Counted from the first letter of the stretch, positions 1 through 9,958 are shown. The stretch is DNA of 50,557 nucleotides from an uncultured Anaerolineaceae bacterium (GCA_964524585.1 CAZGCX010000001.1:1-50557), one strand, 5' to 3'. Program-made: numbers and translations. Notes: generated by a model not told the origin, from the letters alone.

Positions 1-570
1 GAGGATGGCGTCCACGATCTCGTCGGCCAGCAGATTGACCTCATCGATGTAGAGCAGGTTCCGGTCAGCTCGCCCGAGCAGACCGCGATCCAGCCGGTGG
101 CGCCGGGGACTACCTTCCTGGTCGTTGAGCCCGCCCACGACGTCTTCCAACCGCGAATTCAACGGCAGCTCGATCAACTGCACCGTGTCACGGAATGTCA
201 GCGGTTCCCCCTCCCCGTACTTGCGGGCGCAATCCGGGCAGACTTCGTCGATCCCGCCGAGTTCGATGTCTTCTGGCAGACAACCATAGGGGCAGAGGCT
301 GCGGTCGACTTCCGGCAGCAGATCCGCCAGACTGCGGACCGCGGTGGTCTTGCCGGTGCCGCGGGTCCCGATCAGCAGCACGCCGTCGACGTTTGGATTT
401 ACCAGGCTTAGCAGCAGCGCCAGTTTCATCTCCGGTTGGCCGACCAGGCCCATGAACGGAAACGGGAGCGACTCGGCCAGCCCCAGGTCGGCTCCCAGCG
501 GCACCTGCAGAAAGCGCTTGGAGGAGGCCAATTCGAGCAGGCCAGTCAGCGTCATCGCGGAATCGGCCAT
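1..570 (-). CDS. AAA+ ATPase of the magnesium-chelatase subunit I (BchI/ChlI) family; N-terminal part only, continues past window edge
   Basis: Absent from the ORF track because it leaves the window. My minus-strand translation from ATG 570 reads MADSAMTLTG...FPFMGLVGQPEMKLALLLSLVNPNVDGVLLIGTRGTGKTTAVRSLADLLPE...NLLYIDEVNLLADEIVDAIL. It has the FPF-x-x-VGQ-x-x-MK motif, Walker A GTGKT and Walker B YIDEVNLL typical of BchI/ChlI. Confidence 0.75.
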   Translation of the reverse strand, partial: MADSAMTLTGLLELASSKRFLQVPLGADLGLAESLPFPFMGLVGQPEMKLALLLSLVNPNVDGVLLIGTRGTGKTTAVRSLADLLPEVDRSLCPYGCLPEDIELGGIDEVCPDCARKYGEGEPLTFRDTVQLIELPLNSRLEDVVGGLNDQEGSPRRHRLDRGLLGRADRNLLYIDEVNLLADEIVDAIL

Positions 571-602
571 TGCGTCAGCCTGCGTTCAATCCTCTGCTGA
601 TC

Positions 603-1094
603 CTATGCACCGGTGAGCTCCCGCTCGGCGCGCGCCCGTTCCAATCGCGCCGCCTGCCGCTGCTCGCCCTGCTGCATGCGACGCCTCTCGGATTCGGTCT
701 CTGCCTCCAGCCTGGGCACCGGGGTCGGCCGGCCCTGATCGTCCAGCGCGACGTAGACCAGATAGGCGGCGTTCGTCTGGCGCCGCGAGCCGGTCACCGG
801 ATTCTCGGCAGTTACGGTCACTCGGGTCTCAATGGACGAGTTGCCGACATAGGTGACCTCTGCTTGCAGCACCACCAAGTCGCCGATGCGGATTGGATGG
901 TTGAAGCTCATCTGATCGATGGCAACCGTCACCACGCCAGTCTGGGCGTGTCGCATGGCCGCCAGCCCGCCGGCTTCGTCGGCCAGCTTCATGATCCAGC
1001 CGCCGTGGACTGCGCCGCGTAGATTGGCAAATTCTGGCTGCATGAGCTGGCTCAATGTCACACGAGAGGCGGCTACGGTCTTGGCGGAACTCAA
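603..1094 (-). CDS. acyl-CoA thioesterase (hotdog fold, YciA/Acot-like)
   Basis: 163-aa ORF. ANLRGAVHGGWIMKLADEAGGLAA...IRIGDLVVLQAEVTYVGNSS matches the hotdog thioesterase pattern. It has a 4-nt overlap with the upstream gene. Confidence 0.8.
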   Translation of the reverse strand: MSSAKTVAASRVTLSQLMQPEFANLRGAVHGGWIMKLADEAGGLAAMRHAQTGVVTVAIDQMSFNHPIRIGDLVVLQAEVTYVGNSSIETRVTVTAENPVTGSRRQTNAAYLVYVALDDQGRPTPVPRLEAETESERRRMQQGEQRQAARLERARAERELTGA

Positions 1095-1471
1095 TCCATG
1101 TCCTCTCGGAACTCGCCGAAGTCGGCCGTGGTCAGCAGCGGGAACTCCTCGTCGAACACGTCCATGATCTCAAACGGCAGCTCAGACATCATCGGCGGCA
1201 GCGGGACCGTCGCCGGGGGCCGAATTCGCCTTGGGGGAGGGGGCGAGACTCGCCGCTCGCGCGATCCTTCGGTGATGCGCTTGCGCAGGATCCGTGGATC
1301 CTTTGTCAGCCAGCCGACGTACACGCCTTGAATGTTGAAGACGTCACGCTGCGGCGTCACCCAACCGATCCACTCGCCGACGGTGTTGTAGATGTAGGGA
1401 AAGATCATCAGCGCCGCCCAATCACCGGCGGTGGAGTAGATCGGAATTGGTTTTTGGGTCGAACTTGACAA
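1091..1471 (-). CDS. hypothetical protein with a repeated G-x-W-(I/V)-G-W motif and an acidic C-terminus
   Basis: 126-aa ORF with a TTG start preceded by AAGGGA. It is translationally coupled to the thioesterase. I recognise no family with confidence. Confidence 0.5.
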   Translation of the reverse strand: MSSSTQKPIPIYSTAGDWAALMIFPYIYNTVGEWIGWVTPQRDVFNIQGVYVGWLTKDPRILRKRITEGSRERRVSPPPPRRIRPPATVPLPPMMSELPFEIMDVFDEEFPLLTTADFGEFREDMD

Positions 1472-1497
1472 GTGCGGTCCCTTTGGTCTGTATGGCG

Positions 1498-1503
1498 ATT
1501 ATA
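1498..1503 (-). promoter_or_regulatory. candidate sigma-70 -10 box (TATAAT) for the 126-aa/thioesterase operon
   Basis: The minus strand reads TTGTATAAT. The TTG start at 1471 lies 26 nt downstream, with an AAGGGA RBS in between. Confidence 0.4.
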
Positions 1504-1544
1504 CAAGCGCGCCGCAACCGGCCGACGACGTCCACAACTCAAGG

Positions 1545-1997
1545 CTACTCGACATCGGAATAGGTCCACACTCGATTGACACCGAAGTTCCAAAACAGCA
1601 CGATGACCACCGCGACCACTAGTGCCAGATTGGAGCCGATGGCGACTGCCTCAATTGGCAGTTCGCGATCGGCGAAGGTGCGCTCCACCAACTGCACCAT
1701 TCCCGGCTGGGCGAGCACGAATACCGGGGTCCGGATTGCGAGTCCGATCAGGTTGACCAGCGCAAATTGGCCGGCCTGCCGCAGTGGTTGCTTGCTGCGT
1801 GAGTCGGGATAGGTCCAGTAGCGGTTCCACATGAAGTTGCTGAACACCGCCAGGCTGAATGAAAACGCCTGCGCCAGGGCAGCTGGAACGTTGAGTGCAC
1901 CGCGTAGTAGGTTGAAGGTTCCGAAGTCGACCACCGCTCCGATACTGCCCACCACCGCGAATCTCCAGAACCGATTGAATTCGCGCCGCGCCCGCAT
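1545..1997 (-). CDS. GtrA family membrane protein
   Basis: FNRFWRFAVVGSIGAVVDFGTFNLL... plus 4 hydrophobic segments. I chose the internal ATG at 1997 because the track start (2069) would overlap the upstream gene by 70 nt. Confidence 0.7.
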   Translation of the reverse strand: MRARREFNRFWRFAVVGSIGAVVDFGTFNLLRGALNVPAALAQAFSFSLAVFSNFMWNRYWTYPDSRSKQPLRQAGQFALVNLIGLAIRTPVFVLAQPGMVQLVERTFADRELPIEAVAIGSNLALVVAVVIVLFWNFGVNRVWTYSDVE

Positions 1998-1999
1998 GC

Positions 2000-2959
2000 T
2001 CAAGAGCGACTCCGGAAGTCCTCGATCGTGAGTTGTAGTCCGTGTTCGAGCGTAATGTTCGGTTCCCAATTCAGCAATTCCTTGGCCCGCGCGATGTCGG
2101 GGCGCCGCTGCTGAGGATCTGTGGGGCCACGGCGCTCGCTCAAGATCTGCACCCCTGCGGAGCTGCCAGTCAATCGAAGCACTAAGTCCGCCAACTGTGC
2201 AATAGTCACTTCGGTCGGGTTGCCCAGGTTCACCGGCTGGTGGTGCTCCGCCAGCATCAGTCGATACAGACCCTCGATCAGGTCATCGATGTAGCAGAAA
2301 CTGCGAGTCTGCATGCCATCGCCGTAGATCGTGAGCGGCTTGCCTTCCAGCGCCTGGCCAATGAAATTCGGCACGACCCGGCCGTCGTCCAGTCGCATAC
2401 GGGGGCCGTAAGTGTTGAAGATGCGCGCGATGCGGGTGGCGATCCCGTGATAGTGGTGATAAGCCATGGTGATCGCCTCGGCGAACCGTTTGGCCTCGTC
2501 GTACATCGAGCGCGGGCCGACCGGATCGACGTTGCCCGGATAATCCTCCCGCTGTGGGTGCACCTCCGGATCGCCGTAGACTTCCGAGGTGGATGCCAGC
2601 AAGAAACCGGCCGACTTGGCGCGCGCCAGGCCCAGCGCGTTGTGGGTACCGAGTGCCCCGACCTTGAGCGTCTGGATGGGGAGTTGCGGATAGCCATAAG
2701 GGGAGTCGGGGTTTGGGCTGGCAGGCGACGCCAGATGGCAGACCATGTCAACCGGTCCATCGATGCCGATGAAGTTGGAGACATCGGTCTGCAGGTAGCG
2801 AAACTCAGCCAGGTTGATCAGCTGCTGCAGGTTGGCGACGTCCCCGGTCACCAGATTGTCGACTGCCACGACCTGGTGCCCGTCGGCGATGAGCCGGTCG
2901 CAGTAATGTGAACCGATGAACCCGGCTGCGCCGGTGACAACGATCCTCACGGCTTCCAA
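2000..2959 (-). CDS. UDP-glucuronate decarboxylase / UDP-xylose synthase (extended SDR)
   Basis: [14 protein letters not shown] Rossmann motif, YDEAKR catalytic motif, and ...[48 protein letters not shown]. The likely true start is GTG at 2950 (MRIVVTG). Confidence 0.85.
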   Translation of the reverse strand: MEAVRIVVTGAAGFIGSHYCDRLIADGHQVVAVDNLVTGDVANLQQLINLAEFRYLQTDVSNFIGIDGPVDMVCHLASPASPNPDSPYGYPQLPIQTLKVGALGTHNALGLARAKSAGFLLASTSEVYGDPEVHPQREDYPGNVDPVGPRSMYDEAKRFAEAITMAYHHYHGIATRIARIFNTYGPRMRLDDGRVVPNFIGQALEGKPLTIYGDGMQTRSFCYIDDLIEGLYRLMLAEHHQPVNLGNPTEVTIAQLADLVLRLTGSSAGVQILSERRGPTDPQQRRPDIARAKELLNWEPNITLEHGLQLTIEDFRSRS

Positions 2960-3146
2960 TCCACTGCTCGAGTTAAGCCGCTTGCGGCGTCACGCCCGTT
3001 GGTCGGGCGGTGTACGGCGTAACGGTGCCTCACGGCTTCCAATCCACCGCGCGAGTCAAGCCGCTTGCGGCGTCACGCCCTTTGGTCGGGCGGTGTACGG
3101 CGTAACGGTGCCTCACGGCTTCCAATCCACTGCGCGAGTTAAGCCG
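2945..3146. repeat. 83-bp tandem repeat, 2 full copies + 36-nt partial copy
   Basis: Copies begin at 2945, 3028 and 3111, each with cctcacggcttccaatccac. The two full copies differ at 4 of 83 positions. The repeat spans the UXS start, the intergenic spacer and the last codons plus stop of the 526-aa gene. Confidence 0.9.
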
Positions 3147-4693
3147 TCTCCCGTCAGCTGTTCGCCCGCGCCGGACTGGGCGTCCACGATCCATAGGTCG
3201 CCGCGGTAGACCACCGCCAGCCGGCTGCCGTCCGGCGACCAGGCCGGCACTTGAAGCTCGTCCTGGGCGATGCCCGGCTGCCCGGTGGCCGGAAACAGGG
3301 TACGCAGATTGCTGCCGTCGCGATCCATCACCATCAATCGGTATCCGCTGGTCTCGCTTTCCAGCGGGGCCATCGCCTGGAGCAGGGCGATCTGGCTATA
3401 GATCTCGCCCGACCCAAGCAGCTGGCTGGGTGAGGCGGATGGGTAGGCGAACATGCCGGTGCGGGGCACCAGGGTCAGGGGCGGCCGATCGGCCGCCTCC
3501 AGGGCGACCAGATTAAACACCGGCGAGGCGCTGGCGTCTTCAATTCCGATCGGGGATCCATGGTCGACCACATACAGGGTGCGGCTGTTTGAGCCCCAGG
3601 TCAGCCCGGGCACCCAGGCCCAATCGCTGCCGGTCAATAGGGGAGTGATCTCGTGCAGCGATTCGAACCCGGGATCGCGACGATCGATCGTACCGACCCG
3701 GTCGGCCTGCGCGAAGCCCAGGTGAACCCCATCCGGAGCCCAAACGAATTCAGTACCCCACCATCCGTATTGGCCCCCGGGGTTCGCCGGCAGCAGCTCG
3801 CGCTCCCGGATCACACGCCCGGTGGAACTGAGGGTCACCAGCATCAGATCGTTGTTGGCCTGCCACCCCGGCGCCGACTGGCGCGGTTCTGCAGTTGAAT
3901 AGGCGACCGTCGGAGACTCCGCGTCGGGAGACCAATCGGCGAAGTGGATCACATTGCTGATGTGCAAGTTAACCGGAGTCGGATGGCTCTGCAGCAGATT
4001 CACTACCCACAGACCGTTGAAGTCGCCCGACTCGGCATCGCTAGCCCGGCTAAACAGCAGCCAGCGCCCATCCGGGGAAACCCGGAACACCTGTCCGTCC
4101 AGATCGCCGCTCACCACAACTGGGCGGCGGTTGGCCGTGTTGCCTTCCATGACCCAGGCATTGCCCCCGGATAGAAACGCGATCGTGCCATCAATGGATA
4201 GCGGAGTGTGGGCGGACTGGGCGCCGACCATGATGATCTCAGGTTGCGGTTCGTCGACAACCGTCTGTTTCACCGCCTGCCGCGAGATCTCGACTCCCTC
4301 CTCCTCGACAATCCGGTAGGTGATCTCTTCAGTGCCGTTGACACCAGCCTGCAGCAGCCGGGTCTCTCCCTCCGGAAGGCCTTCATTTCGTACCGTCTGG
4401 CGGGCAAAGGGTAGAGTGAGTTCTTCAATCTCGAAGCGCTCCGAACGACGGACGACCGTCACCTCGGCCCCGTCGACCAGGACTGTGTAGCCGGGGGGCT
4501 CAAGCCGGTCGATTTGGCCAAGCTCGATCCCGGCCTGATCGATGGCGTTTTGCACGGTGGAACCGACCGGCAACGTGACCGGGAGCTGCTGCCCATCGAC
4601 CATCAGCTGGACGTCGATCTCGCCGCCGGTGGTGCGGGGACTCACGCAGCCGGCCAGCAGCAATCCTAGAAACAAGACTGGGAGTCGTCTCAT
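3113..4693 (-). CDS. lipoprotein with DUF348-like + G5 domains followed by a TolB/PD40-like beta-propeller
   Basis: Signal peptide with lipobox LLLAGC. The G5-like stretch is FEIEELTLPFARQTVRNEGLPEGETRLLQAGVNGTEEITYRIVEEEGVEISRQAVKQTVVDEPQPEIIMVGAQ. Repeated (S/A)PDG propeller motifs are present: VSPDGRWLLF, WSPDAESP, WAPDGVHL, WSPDGSRLAV. Confidence 0.65.
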   Translation of the reverse strand: MRRLPVLFLGLLLAGCVSPRTTGGEIDVQLMVDGQQLPVTLPVGSTVQNAIDQAGIELGQIDRLEPPGYTVLVDGAEVTVVRRSERFEIEELTLPFARQTVRNEGLPEGETRLLQAGVNGTEEITYRIVEEEGVEISRQAVKQTVVDEPQPEIIMVGAQSAHTPLSIDGTIAFLSGGNAWVMEGNTANRRPVVVSGDLDGQVFRVSPDGRWLLFSRASDAESGDFNGLWVVNLLQSHPTPVNLHISNVIHFADWSPDAESPTVAYSTAEPRQSAPGWQANNDLMLVTLSSTGRVIRERELLPANPGGQYGWWGTEFVWAPDGVHLGFAQADRVGTIDRRDPGFESLHEITPLLTGSDWAWVPGLTWGSNSRTLYVVDHGSPIGIEDASASPVFNLVALEAADRPPLTLVPRTGMFAYPSASPSQLLGSGEIYSQIALLQAMAPLESETSGYRLMVMDRDGSNLRTLFPATGQPGIAQDELQVPAWSPDGSRLAVVYRGDLWIVDAQSGAGEQLTGDGLTRAVDWKP

Positions 4694-4721
4694 CCTGTGC
4701 TTAAACCCCGATTGGTATAAT

Positions 4722-4742
4722 GGCTCGCTACCTCAGCGAGCC
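4722..4742 (-). terminator. stem-loop (8-bp stem GGCTCGCT/AGCGAGCC, 5-nt loop) overlapping the stop codon of the 189-aa gene; possible terminator or attenuator
   Basis: A perfect inverted repeat is seen directly. It is followed on the minus strand by AUUAUACCAAUC, which is only a weak U-tract. Confidence 0.3.
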
Positions 4743-5297
4743 GACGATCGCGGCCTGCCCGTCTGCGATAGCCAGTGAGGTGATGCGAATGCCGGTGGCC
4801 AGCGACCCCAGTTTTCCAGTGAAGGCTTCGGTAAGCAGTTCCGAGAGTGCATTCATCATCGCTCGCGGCGCTGGTAGTGGTCCGAGTTCGGCGGATGTGA
4901 CTTCAAAGGCGATCGTCCCCTGGGGGTCAAGCACCGGTTGAACGACTACCAACGCCCCGGCCTCGATCGGACCGAAGTCGGCAACTCCGTAGATCCTGAT
5001 CGTTCCATCACGCAGCAAGATCTGTGGCTTTTCGAGAATCGGTCGTTCGGCTTCCGTAATCCGCGAGGCCAAGAACGAAGTCAACTGCTGTTCGGTGATC
5101 ACCAGTTCCACCTCGCCGCGCCCGATCGACAGGGCCGACCGCCAGGCGTCGCTGAATGAATCTAATTCTTGCGAAGATGCCTCGACCGACTCGAGCGGTG
5201 GGCGCGGGCCGAGCCGACAGGCCAGCATCCCAACCGAAAGCAGGCCGGCGATGAGGGCGATTCGAAGAGGGGGGGCGGTGCGGATGGGCTTGGTCAC
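4728..5297 (-). CDS. hypothetical secreted or membrane-anchored protein (possible lipoprotein)
   Basis: 189-aa ORF with an N-terminal hydrophobic segment ending ...VGMLAC. I recognise no family with confidence. Confidence 0.5.
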   Translation of the reverse strand: MTKPIRTAPPLRIALIAGLLSVGMLACRLGPRPPLESVEASSQELDSFSDAWRSALSIGRGEVELVITEQQLTSFLASRITEAERPILEKPQILLRDGTIRIYGVADFGPIEAGALVVVQPVLDPQGTIAFEVTSAELGPLPAPRAMMNALSELLTEAFTGKLGSLATGIRITSLAIADGQAAIVGSLR

Positions 5298-5329
5298 CTT
5301 GGCAAGCGGGGCGGGATTATAGCATCCGG

Positions 5330-5884
5330 ATGGAATCTGAACAGGGAGTGAATGCCGTCGATCAACATAGCCGAGTCAGGCGCCAGCTGCTCAGCCAGCT
5401 GGAGGCGGTACTGTTCGCCTCGCCGGGTCCGGCCGAGATCACTCAATTGGCGGAGGCGCTGGAGGTGCAGCCGGCTGAGGTCGAAAGCGCGCTGGCCCGG
5501 CTCCAGCAAGAGTACAGTGAACGCGGATTGCGCCTGCAAACTCACCGAGGCCAGGCGCAGCTCACCACCGCCCCCGAATTCGCCGGCCACGTCCAGCGAT
5601 TTCTGCAACTCGATAACCGGAGTCGTTTGAGTCGAGCGGCATTGGAAGTGCTGGCGATCATCAGCTACCGTCAGCCCATCACTCGGCCAGAGATTGACTC
5701 GATTCGCGGCGTCAACTCCGACACCTCACTTCGGACTCTGCTCCGATTCGGTCTGGTTGAGGAAAGCGGCCGCAGCCCAGGCCCCGGCCGACCCATCCTG
5801 TATTCGACTGGGACTGAGTTTCTGCAGCACTTTGGACTGAGTTCACTGGAGGAGCTTCCGCAACTCGATGTCCAATCCGAGTAG
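5330..5884 (+). CDS. scpB: segregation and condensation protein B
   Basis: LEAVLFASPGP..I.QLAEAL...SRAALEVLAIISYRQPITRPEIDSIRGVNSDTSLRTLLRFGLVEE..GRSPGPGRPILYSTG.EFLQHFGL is the typical ScpB pattern. Confidence 0.85.
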   Translation: MESEQGVNAVDQHSRVRRQLLSQLEAVLFASPGPAEITQLAEALEVQPAEVESALARLQQEYSERGLRLQTHRGQAQLTTAPEFAGHVQRFLQLDNRSRLSRAALEVLAIISYRQPITRPEIDSIRGVNSDTSLRTLLRFGLVEESGRSPGPGRPILYSTGTEFLQHFGLSSLEELPQLDVQSE

Positions 5885-6608
5885 CGAGGCCTCCGCCAAG
5901 CTGCAGAAACTCATGGCGGCCGCCGGCTACGGGGCGCGGCGGAAGTGCGAGCAGATGATTCGGGAAGGGCGGGTGAGCGTCAACGGGGCTCGAGCCAAAC
6001 TGGGTGATCGGGCGATCCTGGGAAGAGATCAGATCACGGTCGACGGCGATCCGCTGCGCTCCGCGGACCCGCTCACCTACATCGCCTTGCACAAACCGCG
6101 TGGCGTCTTGAGTACCAGTCGATCGCAAGGGGGCTGGCCGACTGTGCTGGACCTGGTAGACAGCGAGGTCCGTTTGCAGCCGGTGGGCCGGTTAGACCTG
6201 GACAGTGAGGGCCTGATGCTGCTGACCAACGACGGTGAGTTGACCTATCGGCTCACGCATCCGCGTTTTGGGCATGAGAAAGAATACCGGGTGTTGCTCG
6301 ACCGGTACCCTGATCAAGATCAATTGCGCCAGTGGCGAAGCGGAGTTCGGCTGCCCAGCGGCCACCGCAGCGGGTCCGCCGAAGTGGAGCCGATGCGCGG
6401 GAAGAGCGGCTCTTGGGTCCGAGTCGTGCTGCGTCAGGGTCGCAAACGACAGATCCGCGAGACAGCCGAGTTGCTCGGGCTGAAAGTGGAGCGTTTGATC
6501 CGCATCCGGCTCGCCAGCCTGGCGCTTGGTGAGCTTCAACCTGGCAGTTGGCGCGTTCTGGAGAAATCAGAGATCATCGAATTGCAGTCCGCAATCGAGG
6601 CGAGTTGA
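5868..6608 (+). CDS. rluB: 23S rRNA pseudouridine synthase, RluB/RsuA family
   Basis: S4 domain (LQKLMAAAGYGARRKCEQMIREGRVSVNG) plus the catalytic motif VGRLDLDSEGLMLLTNDGEL. It overlaps the scpB end by 17 nt. Confidence 0.85.
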   Translation: MSNPSSEASAKLQKLMAAAGYGARRKCEQMIREGRVSVNGARAKLGDRAILGRDQITVDGDPLRSADPLTYIALHKPRGVLSTSRSQGGWPTVLDLVDSEVRLQPVGRLDLDSEGLMLLTNDGELTYRLTHPRFGHEKEYRVLLDRYPDQDQLRQWRSGVRLPSGHRSGSAEVEPMRGKSGSWVRVVLRQGRKRQIRETAELLGLKVERLIRIRLASLALGELQPGSWRVLEKSEIIELQSAIEAS

Positions 6609-9600
6609 TGGAAAGCAGTGTCGCTGCACCGACCGCATCCGGTCGTTGGCTCGATCGAGTTCTATCGTTGAGGATCGCGGTGAATGCCGAGACGCTGGTC
6701 GTTGCTGGCCTGCTGCTCGCGGCGATCCTCACCCGTTTCCATGACCTCGGCGCGCGGGTGATGAGCCACGACGAGAGTCTGCATACCTACTATTCCTACC
6801 GGCTCGAAACTGGACAGGGCTTTCAGCACACACCGCTGATGCACGGGCCGATGCAGTTCCACCTGATCGCGCTCTCGTACTTCCTGTTCGGGGATTCCGA
6901 CGCAACCGCCCGAATCCCGGCTGCAATGGCGGGAATCGCGGCGGTCGGGCTGCTGTATTTCTTCAAGCGTTGGCTGGGCACAACCGGGGCGCTGGTGGCG
7001 GCGGCGATGATGCTGTTCTCGCCCTACATGCTGTACTACAGCCGCTACGTGCGCAACGAGTCCTTTGTGGTGGTCGAAGCGCTCCTGACCTTTCTGGCGG
7101 TCTTTCGCTATTTTGAATCCAGGAACAGCCGATGGCTGTATTTGCTGGTGATCTCGGTTTCGCTGCACTTCACAACCAAGGAAACCGCATTCATTTACAC
7201 CGCGCAGCTGCTGGCGTTTCTCGCTGGGTATTTGGTCTGGCAGTTGGTGCGCCGGTCGTGGATCAACCAGTCGCTGCGCAGCCTATTCCTGATCGGCGCA
7301 GCAGTGGCGGTGGTGGGATCCTCGGTCTCGCTGGTCACCTACTTCCGGGAGCGGGCCGCCGGCGCGACCCAAGCCGCCGCGGCGCAGCCGCTGGACCTGG
7401 AGGCCGCCATCGAGCCTGGAACCAGGCTCTCACCGGTGGTTGCCGCAGGGGCCGGCCTGGCGCTGGTGGGCCTGGCGATGACCGCGACCGGGGTTGTGGG
7501 AGAGTTCCGCGGCAAGTTGCGCACCGAGTTTCCAGCGCTGGACTTGCTGTTGGTAATCGGCACGATGGTGCTGCCTCAGCTGGGCGCCATTCCGGCCAAT
7601 ATGCTGGGCTGGGATCCGCTTGCCTATCAGGACCCGGCGGCCCGCGGCAAGACTCTGCTGGTCGTGCTGCTCTTGATCGGAGTCAGCCTCGCCATCGGGT
7701 GGGCCTGGGACCTGCGACGCTGGCTGCCGCTGGCCGGCGCCTTCTACTTCCCATTCTTTCTGTTCTTCACCACCTTGTTCACCAATAGTGACGGCGTCGC
7801 CACCGGGCTGGTCGGGTCGCTTGGATACTGGCTGGTACAGCATGGTGTTCGCCGTGGCAGTCAGCCTGCCTACTATTACGCACTGATCCAGCTGCCGTTT
7901 TACGAATTCCTTCCGGTGGTTGGCTCGCTGATCGCGCTGTTCTATGGTTTGCGCAGTGCCGCAGCCCCGACCGTCACCAAAGTGAAGGGTGAGGCCGCCG
8001 TCCGCAGTTTCCCAGTGCTACCGATGCTGGCCTTCTGGGCACTGACCTCCTTGCTTGGCTATTCATTCGCAGGCGAGCGTATGCCCTGGCTGACCGTGCA
8101 CATCGCCCTCCCATTGATCCTGTTGGCGGGATGGGGAATCGGACGCTTCCTGGAATCGCTGGACTGGCGCCGGATGCTCGAAACCCGGGGTTGGCTGATC
8201 GCCGGCTTGGTGCTGATGCTGGTCTTATCGCTGAGTCGGGCAGTCGGAAGCCTGTTGGGTTCCACCGCCCCGTTTGCAGGCAGCACTTTGGAGCAACTAC
8301 GAGTTACAAACGCATTCATCGCCTCTGCGGCGGTCGCAATCGGCTCCCTGGCAGCGCTGATCTCGCTCGGTCGCGGTTGGGACACGCTCCAGCTGCGCCG
8401 ACTTGCCGGACTGATCATCCTTGGGGTATTGACGCTGCTCAGCATTCGGGCCGCCTTCCGTGCCGCCTACATCAACTACGACAATGCAAAGGAGTTCTTG
8501 GTCTACGCTCACGGCGCTGCGGGGGTCAAGACCGTGATGAGCCAGGTCGAGGACCTTTCGCGTCGAACGACTGACGGGCTGGCAATTCAGGTGGCATTCG
8601 ACGACGATGTGTCTTGGCCGGTGAATTGGTACATGCGAAGCTATCCCAATGCCCTGTACTACGGGCCCAACCCAAGCCGGGACCTGTTGAACTACCCGGT
8701 AGTCATCGCCGGCGACAACAACTGGGCCAAAGTCGATCCGTTGATGGCGGATCGCTACTACAGCTTCGAATACATTCGCATGGTCTGGCCGATGCAGGAT
8801 TATTTCGGCCTCACTCTCGAGCGGCTAGGCAACGCGCTGATCTCGCCCGCCACGCGGGCCGCATTGTGGGATATCTGGCTGAATCGGGACTACACTGCCT
8901 ACGCTGCGGTCACCGGCCGCGATTTCAGCCTCGAGAATTGGACTCCGTCCGATCGAATGAAGCTCTACATTCGCAAGGACATTGCCGGATTGATCTGGGA
9001 CTACGGGGTGACGCCCAATACGCTCTCGGTCGAGCCCTACGTCGATCCCTACGCAGACCTGCTCACGGTGCGGGCTGCCAGCGAGCTGATCGGGGGAACC
9101 GGCACCGCGCTCGGACAGTTCAGCGGGCCGCGTGGCATGTCGATCGCTCCCAACGGCGACCTCTACGTAGCGGATACGGCCAACAGCCGGATCGAGCACT
9201 TCAGTTCCGATGGAGAACCGCTGGGCCAGTGGGGATCACTGGTAGTCGCTGCAGAGGGCCAGGTGGCTCCCGCCGGGAGCTTTAACGAGCCCTGGGACGT
9301 TGCGGTAGCGCCAGATGGCACGGTGTTCGTCGCTGATACCTGGAACCATCGAATTCAGCACTTCACCGCGGACGGAGATTTCCTGGGCATGTTCGGAGTC
9401 TTTGGGCAGACCGGCGAGCCGACGGCCTTCTGGGGGCCGAGGGCGGTGACCGTGGACCAGAACGGCCGGCTGTTTGTGGTCGATACCGGCAACAAGCGAG
9501 TGGTCGTGTTTGGCGCAGATGGAGCGCCGCTGGGGCAGTTTGGCGGGTTTGGGTTGCAGCTTGGCTCGATGGACGAGCCGGTCGGAATCGCGGTCGACTC

Positions 9601-9958
9601 GCAGGGACGGATCTTCGTGGCGGATACCTGGAACCAGCGGGTGCAGGTGTTTGAAGAGCTGGGAGCTGGAAACTTCATCGCTGCCGCGGAGTGGCCGATC
9701 GACGGCTGGCTGGGCCAATCATTGAACAATAAGCCATACCTTGCGGTCAGCGCCGACGGATTGGTGTGTTTGTCGGACCCGGAAGGCTATCGAATCCTGT
9801 GCTTCAATCCACAGGGCGAGTTTCAGACCGGTTGGGGCAGCTACGGAGCGGGTGAGGCGACCCTCGGATTGCCGGCCGGGCTGGGCTTCACCGCGGACAA
9901 TCAACTTTGGGTGGTCGACGGAGGTAATGATCGACTGATGTTGTTCGAGACTCAATGA
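6608..9958 (+). CDS. polytopic PMT/ArnT-like (GT-C, TIGR03663-like) membrane glycosyltransferase fused to a C-terminal NHL-repeat beta-propeller
   Basis: The N-terminal region (~700 aa) has many TM segments and the DESLH motif of the dolichyl-phosphate-mannose transferase-like family. The C-terminus has 5-6 NHL-like repeats ([51 protein letters not shown], etc.). I chose ATG 6608, which overlaps the rluB stop in TGATG. Confidence 0.7.
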   Translation: MESSVAAPTASGRWLDRVLSLRIAVNAETLVVAGLLLAAILTRFHDLGARVMSHDESLHTYYSYRLETGQGFQHTPLMHGPMQFHLIALSYFLFGDSDATARIPAAMAGIAAVGLLYFFKRWLGTTGALVAAAMMLFSPYMLYYSRYVRNESFVVVEALLTFLAVFRYFESRNSRWLYLLVISVSLHFTTKETAFIYTAQLLAFLAGYLVWQLVRRSWINQSLRSLFLIGAAVAVVGSSVSLVTYFRERAAGATQAAAAQPLDLEAAIEPGTRLSPVVAAGAGLALVGLAMTATGVVGEFRGKLRTEFPALDLLLVIGTMVLPQLGAIPANMLGWDPLAYQDPAARGKTLLVVLLLIGVSLAIGWAWDLRRWLPLAGAFYFPFFLFFTTLFTNSDGVATGLVGSLGYWLVQHGVRRGSQPAYYYALIQLPFYEFLPVVGSLIALFYGLRSAAAPTVTKVKGEAAVRSFPVLPMLAFWALTSLLGYSFAGERMPWLTVHIALPLILLAGWGIGRFLESLDWRRMLETRGWLIAGLVLMLVLSLSRAVGSLLGSTAPFAGSTLEQLRVTNAFIASAAVAIGSLAALISLGRGWDTLQLRRLAGLIILGVLTLLSIRAAFRAAYINYDNAKEFLVYAHGAAGVKTVMSQVEDLSRRTTDGLAIQVAFDDDVSWPVNWYMRSYPNALYYGPNPSRDLLNYPVVIAGDNNWAKVDPLMADRYYSFEYIRMVWPMQDYFGLTLERLGNALISPATRAALWDIWLNRDYTAYAAVTGRDFSLENWTPSDRMKLYIRKDIAGLIWDYGVTPNTLSVEPYVDPYADLLTVRAASELIGGTGTALGQFSGPRGMSIAPNGDLYVADTANSRIEHFSSDGEPLGQWGSLVVAAEGQVAPAGSFNEPWDVAVAPDGTVFVADTWNHRIQHFTADGDFLGMFGVFGQTGEPTAFWGPRAVTVDQNGRLFVVDTGNKRVVVFGADGAPLGQFGGFGLQLGSMDEPVGIAVDSQGRIFVADTWNQRVQVFEELGAGNFIAAAEWPIDGWLGQSLNNKPYLAVSADGLVCLSDPEGYRILCFNPQGEFQTGWGSYGAGEATLGLPAGLGFTADNQLWVVDGGNDRLMLFETQ

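Noticed and set aside
2945-3146. Possibility that the 83-bp repeat (and the 17-bp repeat at 37038-37122) are CRISPR arrays.
   Set aside because: The units are directly tandem with no unique spacers. There are only 2-5 copies, no cas genes are present, and one of them overlaps coding sequence.
2916-3209. 97-aa plus-strand ORF running through the 83-bp tandem repeat, with repeated peptide segments.
   Set aside because: It exists only because the repeat lacks stops in that frame. It is antisense to the flanking operon and has no start context.
4713-4721. Perfect extended -10 (TGGTATAAT) on the plus strand between two minus-strand genes, suggesting an antisense promoter.
   Set aside because: There is no plus-strand gene or structured RNA downstream. 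The same AT-rich patch read on the minus strand (ATTATAC) can serve as the promoter of the G5 lipoprotein gene. It is not resolvable without start-site data.
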